Below, in pieces: positions 61,142 to 64,000 of a DNA stretch of 64,000 bases. The stretch comes from Myxococcales bacterium (GTDB lineage: Bacteria; Myxococcota; B64-G9). Numbering within the stretch: the first letter of the stretch is position 1; each line of letters starts with the position of its first letter. The DNA lies in contig JAAZNF010000003.1 of the NCBI GenBank assembly GCA_012798435.1, forward strand, positions 2,154 through 66,153, given 5' to 3'. A program made the position numbers and the translations under genes. Below the pieces are notes generated by a model. It made no database searches, was not told the DNA's origin, and saw only the letters and a list, made by a program, of their open reading frames with translations.

Positions 61142-62018
61142 GGGCTTTCTCCGGATCGCCGGTGTCGGCTCCCCCGATCTCCACCGCCAGGCGGTAGATC
61201 TCGCGACGCGGCACCGGCAGCAATCTCGAGAGCAAGGCGGCACACTCCGCCGCGCCCAGGCGGCGCCCCGCCCGCAGGGCCGAGACGAGCTTTTCGATCT
61301 CCGGCCGGGACGGCGGCACTGACGGGCCTCCGGATGCGCCCTCGACGAGCAACACCACCTCTCCCGGCGGCGGTTCGACAAAGCGCCGGGCCAGCCCGGG
61401 GAGGGTGTCGCGAACCAGCTCCTCGTGCAGCTTGGTGAGCTCGCGCGCCACCACCGCCCGTCGCGGGCCCAGGATCTTGGCCGCGGCGGCCAGCGTCGCC
61501 GGCAGGCGGCGCCCCGCCTCGTAAAAGATCAAGGTGCCGGGCTCGGCCGCGAGCGAGCCGAGATGCGAGGTGAGCTCCGCTTCCTTCCGCGGCAAGAAGC
61601 CGACAAAGAGGAAGCGGCGGGACAAGAGCCCCGAGGCGCAGAGCGCCGCGATCGCCGCCGACGGGCCCGGCAAGGCGGACACCCGGAAGCCGCGCTCGAT
61701 GGCCAGGGAAACCAAGGCCTCGCCAGGATCCGAGATCCCCGGGGTGCCGGCGTCGGAGACGAGCACCACCTTCAAACCGCGCTCCAGCGCGTCCAGGATC
61801 TCGATCGAGGCCCTCTCGTGATTCTGCTCGCGGTAGGAGACGAGGCGCGCATGAATCCCATGAGCGGACAGGAGCTCTCGAGTGTGGCGCGTGTCCTCGG
61901 CGGCCACCACGTCGGCCTGGCGCAACGCCTCCAGCGCGCGTAGGGTGATGTCGCGCAGGTTGCCGATGGGGGTCGCGGCCAGGTACAGCACGCCGCCTTC
62001 GAGCTGTGGCGCATCCAT
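61134..62018 (-). CDS. rsmI: 16S rRNA (cytidine1402-2'-O)-methyltransferase RsmI.
   Basis: LYLAATPIGNLRDITLRALEALRQADVVAAEDTRHTRELL; tetrapyrrole-methylase fold. Coordinates are from the frame of the ORF track; my own base count places the ATG 1 nt lower (62015..62017), so ±1 nt. Confidence 0.75.
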   Translation of the reverse strand: MDAPQLEGGVLYLAATPIGNLRDITLRALEALRQADVVAAEDTRHTRELLSAHGIHARLVSYREQNHERASIEILDALERGLKVVLVSDAGTPGISDPGEALVSLAIERGFRVSALPGPSAAIAALCASGLLSRRFLFVGFLPRKEAELTSHLGSLAAEPGTLIFYEAGRRLPATLAAAAKILGPRRAVVARELTKLHEELVRDTLPGLARRFVEPPPGEVVLLVEGASGGPSVPPSRPEIEKLVSALRAGRRLGAAECAALLSRLLPVPRREIYRLAVEIGGADTGDPEKAHE

Positions 62019-62109
62019 GCTTCCTCCGCGGGGAGGGAGCGTAGGACAGGCGCCCCGAGAGATCAACCCGGAAGGTGAGACGGCAAGAGACTGCGAACGG
62101 ACGCTCTCG

Positions 62110-62703
62110 CTACTTGACGCACTTGGCGAACTCTTCCGCCGAAGCAGCCTTCTGCTGACAGTCGGTCACGCTCTTCTTCACGCCGGCGTTCACGCAGCCC
62201 TCGGCGCACGCGGCCACGGCCTTCTCTCGGGCGGCCTTCTCTTCCTCGGCGGCCTTGGCGGCGGCGGCCTTGGCCTGCTCGACCATCTCGGCCTTGCCCT
62301 TTTCCAGGGCAGCGATCTGGTCGGCGAACTCCTTGGCCTTGGCTTCCTTCTTGGCAGCGTACTCGGCGTTCAGCTTGGCCTTGGCCTCCTCGGCCTTCTT
62401 GTCCGGCTTGGCCTTGCCCTTCTTGGGGGGCTTGGCTTCCTTCACCGCGGCGAGCTTGTCAGCCAGTTCCTTGTCGATCGCCGCCAGGGCGGCCTCTTTG
62501 TCCTTGTTGATCTGCTCGATCTTGGCGGCGAAGTCCTTTTCGGCCGCGGCGGCCGGATCGGCGGCAGCCTCTTTCTTGGGTTGGTTCAGGTCGACGTTCT
62601 TCTGGCAGGCCGCGGTGCAATCGTCCTTGGACGCCTTGGGAGCGCAGGCGACGATCAACCCGGCCAGTCCGACCACACACACGATTCCGAGTAGCTTCTT
62701 CAT
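62110..62703 (-). CDS. Lys/Ala/Glu-rich lipoprotein.
   Basis: MKKLLGIVCVVGLAGLIVAC lipobox; ATG with GGAGG upstream; KAE-rich low-complexity body. Confidence 0.5.
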   Translation of the reverse strand: MKKLLGIVCVVGLAGLIVACAPKASKDDCTAACQKNVDLNQPKKEAAADPAAAAEKDFAAKIEQINKDKEAALAAIDKELADKLAAVKEAKPPKKGKAKPDKKAEEAKAKLNAEYAAKKEAKAKEFADQIAALEKGKAEMVEQAKAAAAKAAEEEKAAREKAVAACAEGCVNAGVKKSVTDCQQKAASAEEFAKCVK

Positions 62704-62798
62704 TGTCAAAGCCTCCTGTAGTAGAGAACCTTTATAAACGGCGAGCCGTATAGCACCAGTCTGTAAAGATGTCAAACTCGGCAGGTGCAACGCTCAGA

Positions 62799-63890
62799 TC
62801 ACTTCGCGCCGGCGCTCCCCGTCTTCATCTTACGCAAAATTTCCTGGTAACGTGGTTCGGAGCGGAGGTTGGCCAGGTCCGGGTCCTCTTCCAGCACCTG
62901 CGGTTGCACGAAACCGTTGAGGGCCGCGATGTCGAGGTAGCGGAAGGCGAGGTCTTTCTTCTTGGTCAGTGAATAGATGCAGGCCATGTTGTAGAAGGCG
63001 TCGCCGAAGTTGGGGTTCACCTCCAACGACTTCTTGTACCACGAGAGCGCCTCATCGTAGTCCTGCCGCGCGTAGTACGTCACCCCCACGCCGTTGAAGG
63101 CCTCAGGCCGGGTCGGATCCAACTCGGTGGCTTCCAGAAACTTCCTTCGGGCTCGCTCGAAGAACCCCCCTTCCATCAACCCCTGTCCCTCCTCCATGGC
63201 CGCACGCCAGCTCGCGCGATTGGCCTCGTAGGCCTTGGGGTCGAGGGGTTTGACCTCGGGTTCTACCTGCCGACCCTTATCGTCGGTGAGAGATTGGGAA
63301 TCTGGGTTCTCGACCTGGGGGGGATCGTTGCCGGCGGAGGCCACCGCCACACCCCCATCCAACCCCGGGCCTGTCCCCGTGTTTCCCACTGTGTTTCCAG
63401 GGCTTGTTCCCGCGTCTACTCCACCGTCCGATGAGCCAACTGGCGGCGCGGGCGGCTTGGGCGGTTGCGGGCGCACCTTTCGAATGATGAGACCCGAGCC
63501 TTGACCCTTGCCGACGATTTTGCACTCGGTCTTCTGGAAGTGGGCGGCGCCGGAGAGGACCTTGCCCTGGCGTGCGACCAGAAGGACCAGGGGAGCCCAG
63601 CCGTCTCCCTGGCAGTCCTTTCCCTTCAGGCAGTACCTGATTTGTCCGCTCAGGCTATCGTCAAGGAGAAGTCCCTTGAGGACTTCTTCTCCTTTCTTAA
63701 AGGCACATCCTTGGCAGCGTTGCATCAGGGTCCCGGACACTTGGAGACCCTTCTGACTGACCTTGATGATACCCAGTGGGGTCCACCAACGACCCTCCAA
63801 CTTCACCTGCGCCTGGGCGGAAGGCACCAGACCGATCCCTAAAAGAAGCGCGCACCCCAAGCCATAGAACACGCCATGCCGCATGATCAA
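62799..63890 (-). CDS. Secreted TPR-repeat protein. Start TTG 63890 or ATG 63884.
   Basis: Signal peptide GLGCALLLGIGLVPSAQA; C-terminal TPRs (AFNGVGVTYYARQDYDEALSWYKKSLEVNP...). Confidence 0.55.
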   Translation of the reverse strand: MIMRHGVFYGLGCALLLGIGLVPSAQAQVKLEGRWWTPLGIIKVSQKGLQVSGTLMQRCQGCAFKKGEEVLKGLLLDDSLSGQIRYCLKGKDCQGDGWAPLVLLVARQGKVLSGAAHFQKTECKIVGKGQGSGLIIRKVRPQPPKPPAPPVGSSDGGVDAGTSPGNTVGNTGTGPGLDGGVAVASAGNDPPQVENPDSQSLTDDKGRQVEPEVKPLDPKAYEANRASWRAAMEEGQGLMEGGFFERARRKFLEATELDPTRPEAFNGVGVTYYARQDYDEALSWYKKSLEVNPNFGDAFYNMACIYSLTKKKDLAFRYLDIAALNGFVQPQVLEEDPDLANLRSEPRYQEILRKMKTGSAGAK

Positions 63891-64000
63891 CCTCTCGCTT
63901 TCTCGATGGCCTCGATGGTGGCGCGCGCCCGACCCGCCATCACCGCTTGGATGAGTTTCCGCAGCCGGGGGTGCTTTTGTAGCAGCGTTTCTGCAGCCGA
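63887..64000 (-). CDS. 3'-terminal fragment of a gene that continues beyond the window; function unknown.
   Basis: Open frame to the window edge; TGA overlaps the next start (ATGA-type coupling). Confidence 0.3.
   Translation of the reverse strand, partial: SAAETLLQKHPRLRKLIQAVMAGRARATIEAIEKARG

Overview
High-GC (~69-70%) chromosomal window with Myxococcales hallmarks: PEGA-domain Ser/Thr kinases, FHA domains, a σ54 enhancer-binding protein, a Myxococcus-type cysteine-rich repeat, a FrzS-like pseudo-receiver/coiled-coil protein and giant TPR proteins. Nearly every base is coding (~43 genes). (1) 3..20951, all + strand: a phospho-Ser/Thr signalling and envelope array (kinase, TPR/single-helix membrane protein, FHA-GAF-σ54 activator, two overlapping lipoproteins, a second TPR/single-helix paralogue, a 1069-aa lipoprotein with ~24 tandem 6-Cys repeats, terminator), then a dual-FHA protein, a DUF4388-kinase-PEGA, a lidless Hsp70 with J-domain partner, an AOR-like oxidoreductase, CvpA and a membrane protein. 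(2) 21117..28873: a formate module (FNT channel, CheY-like receiver, NuoE/F-fusion diaphorase, formate dehydrogenase alpha subunit interrupted by an in-frame TGA with a downstream hairpin resembling the E. coli fdhF SECIS, rubrerythrin, MobB-MobA fusion). (3) 28899..33000: LOG-family protein, EF-G paralogue, hypothetical. (4) 33024..50232, all - strand: rhodanese lipoprotein, FrzS-like pseudo-receiver (Cys replaces the phospho-acceptor Asp), zinc-ribbon/GYF membrane protein, and two giant TPR ORFs (1798 + 2286 aa) that are in the same frame and separated only by TAG plus 14 codons. (5) 50429..64000: secreted/Cys-rich proteins, a choice-of-anchor-D lipoprotein with 153-bp tandem repeats, an acetate-kinase/PduL fusion, DUF374, aminotransferase, RsmI, a lipoprotein and a TPR protein. 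Most large overlapping ORFs in the six-frame track are high-GC shadow ORFs and were rejected.
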